Below, in pieces: positions 20,784 through 29,839 of a stretch of 64,000 nucleotides of DNA. This DNA comes from an uncultured Gemmatimonadales bacterium (lineage in GTDB: Bacteria; Gemmatimonadota; Gemmatimonadetes; Longimicrobiales; RSA9). Under the pieces are notes generated by a model. The model had not been told where the DNA came from. It saw nothing but the letters and a program-made list of their open reading frames with translations, and made no database searches. Both the position numbers and the translations under genes were made by a program. Numbering within the stretch: the first letter of the stretch is position 1; every line of letters starts with the position of its first letter. The stretch is taken from positions 5,344,001 through 5,408,000 of the forward strand of contig OY970192.1 of the NCBI GenBank assembly GCA_963708135.1, read 5' to 3'.

Positions 20784-21812
20784 TCAGGACGGAGGTTCGG
20801 TGGGGGAGGGAAGGTCGCCGAAATCGGGCATCCAGGCGACGAGGCCGTTGTCCGGGAGGGTTCGGTGGTAGCCGGAGACGAGCTGGTTGGCGTAGTAGTC
20901 GAGGTAGAAGTCGAAGGCATCGGCGGGGTCGGTATCGATCGCCTCGAGCTCCGTGTGCACCATGTACAGCTTGCCGAAGCGCAGCGCGCCGCCCTCGAAG
21001 AGGATGTAGTTCGGTGCGGCGACGGGCGGCGCCAGCGGCGTCGCGGCGGGATCCTGCTTCGACCCGAACACCTCGACCACCTCGTCGCCCTCGACACGGG
21101 CGGCCGTGAGCCGCCCCTCGATGCGGGGCGGCGGCAGGATGCGCAGCGGGTCGAGGATCAGGTCGTCGCCGGAGACGGTGACGCCATGTGCCCCGCTCAG
21201 GTCGAGCAGGTCCTCGAAATGGACGCCCAGCGCGCGCATGAGGCCCTTGCCGGGGATGGAGCAGATCTTCATCGAGGTGGGATGGAGGCGAATCCGGCCG
21301 TCCCCCGTCACGCTCACTTGCGCCCGCATCTGGAACGGAATATCCACCACCTTGTGCAGGATCCCGCTCTGCTCGATCTCGTTCCCGCGCGTCCTCACCA
21401 CCAGCCGGCGTAGCGGCGACCCCCGGTAGGCGAACACGTACCGGTTGAACAGGTCACTCAGCGACTGGCCCGTGAGCCCGACCTCGGCATATGCCAGCCG
21501 GAGCAGCATTCGCCGCTTGTCGTCCAGCACCAGGACGTGGTCTCCCGCCAGATCCTGCGCCGTGCCACGCAGCTCCCGCACGTGCATCAGGATCGAGTCG
21601 TCGATGTGGAAGAGCACGTTCCGCATGGCGAGCCGCGTCAACGTGTCCGTCTGGCTCGCCACCGGCGCCGGTACCGGCAGCGCGGGAACCACCGGGATCG
21701 CGTTTGCGTGCGCCGGACCAGTGGCCGGCGCGGCGTAGCAGCAGCACCCCCCGAGCATCATGGTGGCGAGGAGTATCCCCGCGGCGCGTTCTGGCAAGCC
21801 CGCCCCCTCCAT
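20784..21812 (-). CDS. Hypothetical exported protein / lipoprotein
   Basis: Hydrophobic leader ending GGCCC; globular-looking body (MRNVLFH..NYILFEGGALRFGKL). Start uncertain. Confidence 0.65.
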   Translation of the reverse strand: MEGAGLPERAAGILLATMMLGGCCCYAAPATGPAHANAIPVVPALPVPAPVASQTDTLTRLAMRNVLFHIDDSILMHVRELRGTAQDLAGDHVLVLDDKRRMLLRLAYAEVGLTGQSLSDLFNRYVFAYRGSPLRRLVVRTRGNEIEQSGILHKVVDIPFQMRAQVSVTGDGRIRLHPTSMKICSIPGKGLMRALGVHFEDLLDLSGAHGVTVSGDDLILDPLRILPPPRIEGRLTAARVEGDEVVEVFGSKQDPAATPLAPPVAAPNYILFEGGALRFGKLYMVHTELEAIDTDPADAFDFYLDYYANQLVSGYHRTLPDNGLVAWMPDFGDLPSPTEPPS

Positions 21813-22149
21813 CCCGCGCCGCTCCCGCCCGGCACGGACGGGTCTCGCGGGACCGCCCCGCCAACGCGCACAGGAAGCGGAGCGGTTCCCTGTATCACCC
21901 GGCGCCCCCCCGCGGCCACCCCCAGCCGCCACCCGTCCCGGCCGCCGCCCCGCCTTGCCGCCGCCCCCCAGCCGCGGCCGCCGCCTCCAGACGCCACCCG
22001 GCCCCGCCACCACCCGACGCGGCGACGCGGGGCGACTTCCAGCTGCGTGATCGCGCTCCTTTGGGGGCCGGGCGGGGCAGCGCCGGGCCGCCTGCGCCGC
22101 CCGCGCCGTTCGGTACCAGGCCCGGAGCCGGGCGTTCGCCGGGATCGCC

Positions 22150-22430
22150 GGCGCGGCCGCTCCGGTGACTGGCGGCGCGGGAATGACCGGCGCGGCCACC
22201 TGGCCCGGTGACCGGCGTCCGCCGCAATCGTCGCCCGGTCTCCCACTCTCCCACTCGGGGGGTGGTCGGGGGGGCGGAAAGGCCGGAAAGGCGCGGCACC
22301 GCTCCGGTGACCCGTGGCGCCGGAATCGCCGGCGCGCCCACTTGGCCCGGTGACCGGCGTCCGCCGCAATCGTCGCCCGGTCTCCCACTCTCCCACTCGG
22401 GGGGTGGTCGGGGAAGGGCGGAAAGGGCGG
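22150..22430. repeat. Tandem duplication of a ~142-bp unit
   Basis: Identical 71-bp cores at 22201-22271 and 22343-22413 with diverged flanks; each contains (tctcccac)2. Confidence 0.85.
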
Positions 22431-22849
22431 GGGGAGCCAGGCAGATGCAAGAACCCCCGGCAGCCGGACAAGTCCGATTACCGGGGGTCCCTGTAACTGG
22501 CGAGAGCCGAGGTCCGCTGGGTTCGGTACCACGTCTTGCGACGCGCCCGGAACCTCCTCTCTCTTCTCCTTGCCACGCGGCCCGTGGCTCGGGTGCCCCT
22601 TGGCCTGGGGCGTCGGCTGCGGCCAGTCGCCTCGCAGTCGGCTCACCGTGTTCCGAACCGCCGGTGAGCGGCCTCCGGAAAGCGTCCCTTTCGGAGGCGA
22701 CGTCCTCGGGCGGTAGGCCGCCCGCCCGCTGACGTCTGCGAACAATGATAATCCCACCTCCGCCCTCGGTCAAGCCTTTTCGACGATCCCGTAACATCAT
22801 GTAGCATAAAGCGTTTACGCTAATCGTCCCGGAAAGCGTCAATGCCCGC

Positions 22850-23000
22850 GCAGGAGTCCACACCGCAACCGCCCGGCCCCCTTTCACTTCCCCGTTTGTA
22901 ACAATTTCAATTCACAGAAATCCACAGAATTCATCGATTTGTCAACCGGGTTTCCACGCTCCACACCTCGTTATCCACCAGCTGCCCCGGGTTTTCCACG
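22850..23000. other. AT-rich patch with co-oriented DnaA-box-like motifs
   Basis: ttatccacc 22971, ttttccacg 22992, aaatccaca 22918, caattcaca, gtttccacg; AT-rich from about 22895 to 22945. Confidence 0.4.
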
Positions 23001-23119
23001 CCGAGCATGAGATCGCACCCCGCCGGCCGCCCCGCGTTCGGGGTGGGGGGCGCGTGCCCCCTCCCACGGCTGCGCACGGGCTGGGTCGCCGTCGCTGTCC
23101 AACGGCACCCGGGTTCCAG

Positions 23120-23295
23120 GGCCGTGAACTCCCCATGCGTCCCCCGGCGCGGAGACGGTTGGGGAGTTGACCGCGCTATTCGTTGTCAAATCCCCAAGCG
23201 TCGGAGGTGCATGGGAATGATTGGGGAGTTGACCGCGCTATTCGCAGTCAACTCCCCAACCGTCGATTCCACGGCCGATGCGTGGGGACTTTCCT
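23120..23295. repeat. Composite palindromic (REP/MITE-like) element
   Basis: 24-bp direct repeats at 23159 and 23221; 18-bp perfect inverted repeat at 23154-23171 / 23247-23264. Confidence 0.75.
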
Positions 23296-23472
23296 GCCCT
23301 CGCGGGCCCGAGCGTCAGCCCGCATCCCGCATCCCGGTGCGGATTTCCTCCCCTCGCGGACCCGACGCCCATCGCGCACCCCTCTCGCGCCTGCCTCACT
23401 CGCCTCGTTCCTGTTGACAATCTAGAGAAGCGGTCGCATCTTCTCCTCCAGATCACCAAGAGGAGGACGGCC

Positions 23473-23817
23473 GTGGCCGGCGAACGGAGCGAGCTGCTGC
23501 AGGGGACGCTCGAGCTGATGGTGCTGAAGACGCTGTCGGTGGAGCCCATGCACGGGTGGGGGATCGCGCAGCGGATCCAGCTGCTCTCGCGGGAGGTGTT
23601 CGAGGTGAACCAGGGCTCGCTCTATCCGGCGCTGCAGCGGATGGTGCGAAAGGGGTGGGTGCGCTCGGAGTGGCGGACGACGGAGAACAACCGGCGGGCA
23701 CGCTACTACGTGCTGACGGCGGACGGCCGGCGGCAGCTCGGGGTGGAGCGGGAAGGGTGGGAGCGGGCCTCGGCGGCGGTGAACGAGGTGCTGGGCTGGG
23801 CGGGAGGCGCGGCATGA
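23473..23817 (+). CDS. PadR family transcriptional regulator (acidobacterial type)
   Basis: LLQGTLELMVLKTL..MHGWGIA..QGSLYPALQR..NNRRARYY; AGGAGG RBS. Confidence 0.9.
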   Translation: MAGERSELLQGTLELMVLKTLSVEPMHGWGIAQRIQLLSREVFEVNQGSLYPALQRMVRKGWVRSEWRTTENNRRARYYVLTADGRRQLGVEREGWERASAAVNEVLGWAGGAA

Positions 23818-26444
23818 GGCTGCTGTCGGAGGTTCGCGAGCGGGTGCGCTCCCTGCTGTTCCGCCGCCGCCAGGAGCGGGAACTGGCGGAGGAGCTGCGC
23901 TTCCACCTGGAGATGGAGGCGGAGGCGAACATGCGCAGGGGCATGGCGGGGGTGGAGGCGCGGCGGGCGGCGCTGCGCCGCTTTGGCGGGGTGGACCGGC
24001 ACGCGGAGGCGGTGCGGGACGAGCGCGGGGTGCGGGTGCTGGAAGATATGGGGCGGGACGTGCGCTACGCGGTGCGGTCGCTCGTGCGGGCGCGCGCCTT
24101 CACGCTGGCGGCGGTGGTGGTGCTGGGACTCGGGACGGGGGGCACGGCGGCGCTGTTCACGGCGGTCAGCTCGCTCTTCCTGCATCCCGCGCCGGGGGTT
24201 GCGCCGGACGCGAGACGCGTGTGGATCACGCCACGCGAGCGCGGCCGGGCGACGATGCTGTCGTTCCCGGACTACGAGGATGCGTCCGGCGTGCGGCCGT
24301 TCGAGGCAGCGACGGCGTTCGGCAACACCACGGTCTCGGTGGCCTCCGGCGGGCCGGCGGAACGGGTGCAGGCGCAGCTCGTCACGCCGGGCTATTTCGC
24401 CATGTTCGGGGTGCGGCCACTGCGCGGGCGCGGCTTCCTGGCGGACGAGACGTCGCCCGGTCGGGCGGCGGTGGTGGTGCTGAGCGAGCGGCTGTGGCGG
24501 CGCGCGTTTTCCGCGGATCCGGGCGTCGTGGGGCGGAGCGTCAAGGTGGACGGGCGGCCGTTCACGGTCGTGGGCATCGCCCCGGCGGAGTTCACGGGTC
24601 CGGAGGTTGGCGACCTGTGCGAGCTGTGGCTGCCGATTGCGGCCCAGCCGCTGATCTCGCCGGACGGCAGGGACCTGCGTCCGGCGCGCCGCAGCGGATG
24701 GCTGACGGCGGTGGGCCGGCTGCGGCCCGGCGCCAACGCGGTCCAGGCGACCGCGGCGCTGGCGCATCTGGCGCAACCGGCGGAGCACTGGAGCATTGGA
24801 GCCGCGCCGATGCGCTCGGGCATGCGGCCGGGGAACGGCGCCGCCCTGCCGGGCATCATCGTGGGCGCCGTCGTGACCCTGCTCGTCCTGCTGATCGCAT
24901 GCTCGAACTTCGCGACCCTCCTGATCGGGCGGGGCGCGGGACGCCGCGCGGAGCTGGCGATGCGTCGGACGCTGGGCGCCGGACGGAGTCGCATCCTGCG
25001 GCTGCTGCTGACGGAGGTGGCGCTCGTGACGCTGGCCGGCGGCACCCTGGGCGTGCTGCTCTCGGTGGGAATCGCCGCAGGGCTCGAAGCCGCCGTGGGC
25101 ATGGATGGAGCACGGCTGGTGCTGCATCCCGACCGGCTCGCCCTCGCCGCGGCCCTCGGGCTCGCGCTCGTCAGCGGGCTGCTCTTCGGCGTCGCCCCTG
25201 CGGTGCAGGCGACGCGTCCGGATCCGCTCCCGGCGCTGCGCGACGCCGGGGCAGGCGGAGACCGCCGGGCGTCGCGCCTGCGGCGCGGGCTGGTCGTGGC
25301 ACAGGTCGCACTCTCGATGCTGCTGCTCGTCACGGCGGGGCTGCTGCTGAGGAGCCTCGGCAACGCGATGCGTGCGGATACCGGTTTCGACGCGGGCTCC
25401 AACGCGCTCCTGGCCTCCTTCGACCCCGCGCTCCAGGGGTACGCGCCGGCGCGCCGCGCCGCCTTCGAGGACGAGCTGCTGCGCCGCGTCCGGGAGCTCC
25501 CCGGCGTGGCCGCGGCCACGCTCGCGACCGACCTTCCGCTCAGCGGCATGTCCAGCGGAGCCAGGGCAGCCGCGGACGGAGGCGCGGGCGTGGAGGTGTC
25601 CGAGAGCACCACACGCCCCGGTCTCTTCCGCGCGCTCGGCGATCCGTTGGTGGCGGGGCGGGATTTCACCGCCGCGGATGGCCGCGGGGCCAGCGCCGTG
25701 GTCGTGGTGAACGAGTCGGTCGCCCGCCTGCTCTTCGGCCGCCGCAGCCCGCTCGGCCGGCGCGTCCGCGTGGGATACGGGACGGATGCACTGAACCGGA
25801 CCATCATCGGCGTCGCGCGCGACGCGGTCTACGACAGCCCTGGTGAGCCGCCGCAGCCCTTCGTCTTCCTGCCGCTCCTCCAGGTCGCGCCGGAGGAGCT
25901 GGCGCGGGCCACGCTCGTGGTGCGCTCCGCCTCCGGCGACGCCTCCATCCTCACCGGCCCCGTGCGCGCCGTGTTCAGGGACCTCGATCCCGACATGCCA
26001 GTTTTCGACGTGCGCACCTTCGCCGACCAGATCGCCCAGCGCCTCGCCCCGCGCCGCGTGGCCACTCGCCTCATCGCGCTCTTCGGTGCGCTCGCGCTGC
26101 TGCTCAGCGCGGTCGGCCTCTACGGCCTGACCGCCTACAGCGTCGCCCGGCGCACGCGCGAGGTGGGCGTACGCGTCGCGCTCGGCGCGCGTCCGGGCGA
26201 GGTGCTCCGCCTGTTCCTCGGGGAGGGGGTCCGGCTCTCGGCCGCGGGCGTCGCCATCGGACTGCCACTGGCGCTCGTGCTCACCCGGTTCCTGAGCAGC
26301 ATGCTCTACGGCGTGGGCGCCGCCGACCTCGCCACGTTCGCCACCGCCGCGGCCGTGCTGGGCGGCGCCGCGCTCCTGGCGAGCGCCATCCCCGCGCGCC
26401 GCGCCACGCGCATCGATGCGATGCGGGCGCTGCGGGTCGAGTGA
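23814..26444 (+). CDS. ADOP-type duplicated ABC permease (MacB/FtsX domains)
   Basis: EELRFHLEM, DVRYAVRSL, LLIACSN, LVVAQVALS, GLYG..RRTREVGVRVALGA, PARRATRID. Confidence 0.9.
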   Translation: MRLLSEVRERVRSLLFRRRQERELAEELRFHLEMEAEANMRRGMAGVEARRAALRRFGGVDRHAEAVRDERGVRVLEDMGRDVRYAVRSLVRARAFTLAAVVVLGLGTGGTAALFTAVSSLFLHPAPGVAPDARRVWITPRERGRATMLSFPDYEDASGVRPFEAATAFGNTTVSVASGGPAERVQAQLVTPGYFAMFGVRPLRGRGFLADETSPGRAAVVVLSERLWRRAFSADPGVVGRSVKVDGRPFTVVGIAPAEFTGPEVGDLCELWLPIAAQPLISPDGRDLRPARRSGWLTAVGRLRPGANAVQATAALAHLAQPAEHWSIGAAPMRSGMRPGNGAALPGIIVGAVVTLLVLLIACSNFATLLIGRGAGRRAELAMRRTLGAGRSRILRLLLTEVALVTLAGGTLGVLLSVGIAAGLEAAVGMDGARLVLHPDRLALAAALGLALVSGLLFGVAPAVQATRPDPLPALRDAGAGGDRRASRLRRGLVVAQVALSMLLLVTAGLLLRSLGNAMRADTGFDAGSNALLASFDPALQGYAPARRAAFEDELLRRVRELPGVAAATLATDLPLSGMSSGARAAADGGAGVEVSESTTRPGLFRALGDPLVAGRDFTAADGRGASAVVVVNESVARLLFGRRSPLGRRVRVGYGTDALNRTIIGVARDAVYDSPGEPPQPFVFLPLLQVAPEELARATLVVRSASGDASILTGPVRAVFRDLDPDMPVFDVRTFADQIAQRLAPRRVATRLIALFGALALLLSAVGLYGLTAYSVARRTREVGVRVALGARPGEVLRLFLGEGVRLSAAGVAIGLPLALVLTRFLSSMLYGVGAADLATFATAAAVLGGAALLASAIPARRATRIDAMRALRVE

Positions 26445-26584
26445 GTCCGGCGCGTGGTCCTGCCCGGCCGGCGGCAAGCCCCGGTGGGTTCGCAGCGGTT
26501 CGTCGCCATCGATCTTGCATCCGCTGGCGATTGCCGACATCGTGCGCCGTATCCCAACGAGCATACAATCAGCCGGGAACGAAC

Positions 26585-28114
26585 ATGCGCGTGAATCGAG
26601 GCAGCCACGCCCGAGCCAGCGTCGCCCGAACCGCCGCCCACGCGGCCCGCCTCGCCGCTGCGGGGCTCCTGCTTCTCGCGCCGCCGGCGGCCGCGCAGCA
26701 GGGGGGCGCCCGCTTCGACGGGGTGCGCGACAGCATCCGGGCGATGATGGCCAGGCAGCACGTGCAGGGCGTGGGCGTGGCGGTGGCGGAGCACGGGCGG
26801 ATCGTGTGGGAGGAGGGGTTCGGCTGGGCGGACCGGGCGCACATGGTGCCGGCGACGGCGAACACGATGTTCTCGCTGGCGTCGATCTCGAAGCCGTTCG
26901 CGGCGGCGGGGCTCATGACGCTGGTGGAAGCGGGGAGGGTGAATCTGGACGCGCCGGCCAACGATTACCTGGCGCCGACGGGCCAGCTCACGGGGCTGGC
27001 GGCGCCGGCGTCGGAGGCGACCGTGTGGCGGGTGCTGAGCCACACGGCGGGGCTGCCGCTGCACTGGCAGTTCTTCTACGAGGATGGCGGGTACGCGGCG
27101 CCGGACATGGACGTGACGATCGCGCACTACGGCAACCTGGTGAATCCGCCCGGGCACTACGAGTACTCGAACCTGGGGTACGGCATCATCGGCCACATTA
27201 TCGCGCGGGTGTCGGGGCAGCCGTACGAGGATTACATGCGGACGCACGTCTTCCTGCCGCTCGGGCTGACGCACACGGAGGTGGTGACGTCGCCGCCGGC
27301 GGGAGCGGAGTACGCGGCCCGGTACGAGGACGACGGCACGCCGGTACCGTGGTACGACTTCGACCACCGCGCGGCGTCGGCGGTGTACTCGAGCGCGCAC
27401 GACCTGGTGCGGCTCGGGATGTTCGAGCTGAAGGACCACCTGGCGGGGCAGGCCGCGATTCTTCCGGACAGCGACATCGACGCCATGCACCGCCAGCGGA
27501 CGACGGAGTCGGCGGAGCAGGGCTACGCACTGGGCTGGTTCATCGAGCGGGACCACGACGGCTACCGGCGCTACTCGCACACGGGGGGCATGCCGGGCGT
27601 GTCGACGGTGCTGAGCCTCTTCCCCACGGAGGACCTGGCGGTGGTGGTCCTGAGCAACGCGTCGGCGATCGGGGTGACGCGGATCGCGGACCAGATCGCG
27701 GGGATCATGCTGCCGCGCCTGGCCGCGGAGCGGGCGAAGCGGGCGCCCCTGAAAGCGGCGCCGCCCCCGGCCTACACCACGCCGGCAGAGCTGGCGGGCA
27801 CGTGGACGGGGACGGTGCGGACGTGGCAGGATGTGGTTCCGCTGACGCTCGTCTTCCAGCCGGACGGGGACGTCCACGTGAAGCTGGGCGAGCAGACGGA
27901 GACCCTGCTCGGCGATCCGCGGTGGAAGGATGGCGAGCTCACGGGCGAGCTCGCGGGCACGATCCCCACGCCGGACGCGCGCAGGCATCCAGGCGTGATC
28001 CGGCTGGACCTGCACCTGCGGGGCGCCCGGCTCTCGGGCGAGGCGTCCGCGATCAGTCCGGGCGACGGCTACTGGTACGCTCTCACGTCGTACGCGAACC
28101 TGGGCCACCAGTAG
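26585..28114 (+). CDS. Serine hydrolase (beta-lactamase class C-like), exported
   Basis: SISK, LSHTAGL, YSN and HTGG motifs; signal peptide. Confidence 0.88.
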   Translation: MRVNRGSHARASVARTAAHAARLAAAGLLLLAPPAAAQQGGARFDGVRDSIRAMMARQHVQGVGVAVAEHGRIVWEEGFGWADRAHMVPATANTMFSLASISKPFAAAGLMTLVEAGRVNLDAPANDYLAPTGQLTGLAAPASEATVWRVLSHTAGLPLHWQFFYEDGGYAAPDMDVTIAHYGNLVNPPGHYEYSNLGYGIIGHIIARVSGQPYEDYMRTHVFLPLGLTHTEVVTSPPAGAEYAARYEDDGTPVPWYDFDHRAASAVYSSAHDLVRLGMFELKDHLAGQAAILPDSDIDAMHRQRTTESAEQGYALGWFIERDHDGYRRYSHTGGMPGVSTVLSLFPTEDLAVVVLSNASAIGVTRIADQIAGIMLPRLAAERAKRAPLKAAPPPAYTTPAELAGTWTGTVRTWQDVVPLTLVFQPDGDVHVKLGEQTETLLGDPRWKDGELTGELAGTIPTPDARRHPGVIRLDLHLRGARLSGEASAISPGDGYWYALTSYANLGHQ

Positions 28115-28149
28115 CCTTCGCCAATCAATTCTCTATCGAAGGACCCGGG

Positions 28150-29829
28150 ATGGCCATGGACCGCCGCTCCTTCCTCCGTGCTTCGGCGGCGGCCGCCGCC
28201 GGAGCGCTCTCCGTGCCCGGATTGGCGCTTCCGGACGTGGGTCGCGCCGACCTCGTGCTGCGCGGCGCTACGGTCTTCGACGGCACGGGCGTACCCGGAC
28301 GCGAGCTGGACGTGGCCGTGACGGGCGAGCGCATCTCGGCGGTCGGGCGCGGCCTGGCGCGCGGCGCCGAGGAGCTGGACCTGCGCGGCCTGGCGCTGGC
28401 GCCCGGGTTCATCGACATCCACTCGCACGCGGATCTGCCGCTGTTCGTAGAGCCGAAGGCGGAGAGCCGGATCCGGCAGGGGGTCACGCTCGAGGTGGTG
28501 GGACAGGACGGCAGCTCGGTGGGGCCGTGGTCGGAGGAGGCGTACCAGCGCACGCGGGAACGCTACCGAACAGAGTACGGCGTCGCCATCGACTTCCGGG
28601 ACCCGCCCGGCTTCCTCTCGGCCATCGACCGGCTCCGTCCGGCCGTGAACGTGGCGAGCATGGTCGGCAACGGGACCGTGCGCGCGCTGGTGATCGGCGA
28701 CGAGAACCGCCCCGCGACGGAGGCGGAGCTCGCGCGGATGAAGGAAGAGGTGCGGCGCGCGATGAACGGCGGCTGCGTCGGTCTTTCGAGCGGGCTCGAG
28801 TACACGCCGTCCGGCTTCGCCGACACGGCCGAGTTGGGCGCGCTGGCCTCGGTGCTCCACGGCACCGGCTACCGCTACGCCAGCCATATGCGGAGCGAGG
28901 ACGACAGGCTGCTCGGCGCCGTCGAGGAGGCGCTCCTCGTCGGCGTGCTGGGCGGCGTCCCCGTGGAGATCTCGCACCTCAAGGCGGAGGGTCGAAGGAA
29001 CTGGTGGAAGGAAGACGTCGTCCTGGGCCTCTTCGACAGGGCGCGGGCGGACGGCGTGGACGTGGCCTTCGACGTCTATCCCTACACCGCCTACCAGACG
29101 GGGCTCGCCAATCTCTTCCCGACGGCCCTGCGCGCCGGCGGTACCGACGCCTTCCTGGCCCGGCTGAAGGACTCCGCGACCGCGCCGGCGCTCGAGGCGG
29201 CGTGCCGCGCCAAGGTGGCGCTGCTGGGCGACTGGAACTCGGTGCAGATCACGTCGGCGGGCAAGGACGCGGCGTGGGCCGCCGGGCGTCACCTCGGCGA
29301 TCTGGCGAAGGAGCGCGGCGAGGACCCCTACGCCCTCACGGTCCAGCTGCTCGAGGCGAGCCACGGCGATGCGGGCATGATCGGCCACGCCATGGGCGAG
29401 GAGAACGTCGAGCGGCTGGTGGCGCACCAGCTCGGCGCGATCTGCTCCGACGGCAGCTCCTACGCGCCGTACGGTCCGCTGAGCACCGGCTCGCCGCACC
29501 CGCGCGCGTACGGCACCTTCCCGCGCGTGCTCGGGAAGTACGTGCGGGAGCGCAAGGCGCTCCCGCTGGAGGCCGCGATCCACAAGTGCACGGGCGAGCC
29601 GGCGCGGAGGCTTCAGCTGAGCGACCGCGGCCGGATCGCGGTGGGCGCGTTCGCCGACCTCGTCACCTTCGATCCCGCCACCGTGGCGGACCGCGCCACG
29701 TACGAGAAGCCGCACCAGTACCCCGTCGGCATCCCCGTGGTGGTTGTGAACGGCGTCGTCACCCTGCGCGATGGCGAGCACACGGGCAAGCTGGCCGGGC
29801 GGGGTGTGCGCGGCGGCGCGCAGGTGTGA
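28150..29829 (+). CDS. N-acyl-D-amino-acid deacylase (D-aminoacylase), Tat-exported
   Basis: Tat leader RRSFL; PGFIDIHSH, SHMRSE, ISHLK, HPRAYGTFPRVL. Confidence 0.9.
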   Translation: MAMDRRSFLRASAAAAAGALSVPGLALPDVGRADLVLRGATVFDGTGVPGRELDVAVTGERISAVGRGLARGAEELDLRGLALAPGFIDIHSHADLPLFVEPKAESRIRQGVTLEVVGQDGSSVGPWSEEAYQRTRERYRTEYGVAIDFRDPPGFLSAIDRLRPAVNVASMVGNGTVRALVIGDENRPATEAELARMKEEVRRAMNGGCVGLSSGLEYTPSGFADTAELGALASVLHGTGYRYASHMRSEDDRLLGAVEEALLVGVLGGVPVEISHLKAEGRRNWWKEDVVLGLFDRARADGVDVAFDVYPYTAYQTGLANLFPTALRAGGTDAFLARLKDSATAPALEAACRAKVALLGDWNSVQITSAGKDAAWAAGRHLGDLAKERGEDPYALTVQLLEASHGDAGMIGHAMGEENVERLVAHQLGAICSDGSSYAPYGPLSTGSPHPRAYGTFPRVLGKYVRERKALPLEAAIHKCTGEPARRLQLSDRGRIAVGAFADLVTFDPATVADRATYEKPHQYPVGIPVVVVNGVVTLRDGEHTGKLAGRGVRGGAQV

Positions 29830-29839
29830 GGAAGAAGGG

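Noticed and set aside
22239..22400. (tctcccac)2 as MraZ boxes
   Set aside because: The period is 8 rather than 10 bp and no mraZ/dcw cluster is adjacent.
22790..22819. dif-like site cgtaacatcatgtagcataaagcgtttacg
   Set aside because: Only partial similarity to the XerD arm (TAACAT) and no recognisable XerC arm.
26416..28149. Apparent N-terminal fusions in the ORF track (26416-29829, 3199-6312, 17971-20739, 57131-59446)
   Set aside because: The upstream parts are off-frame read-through of neighbouring genes; true starts were reassigned by RBS and motifs.
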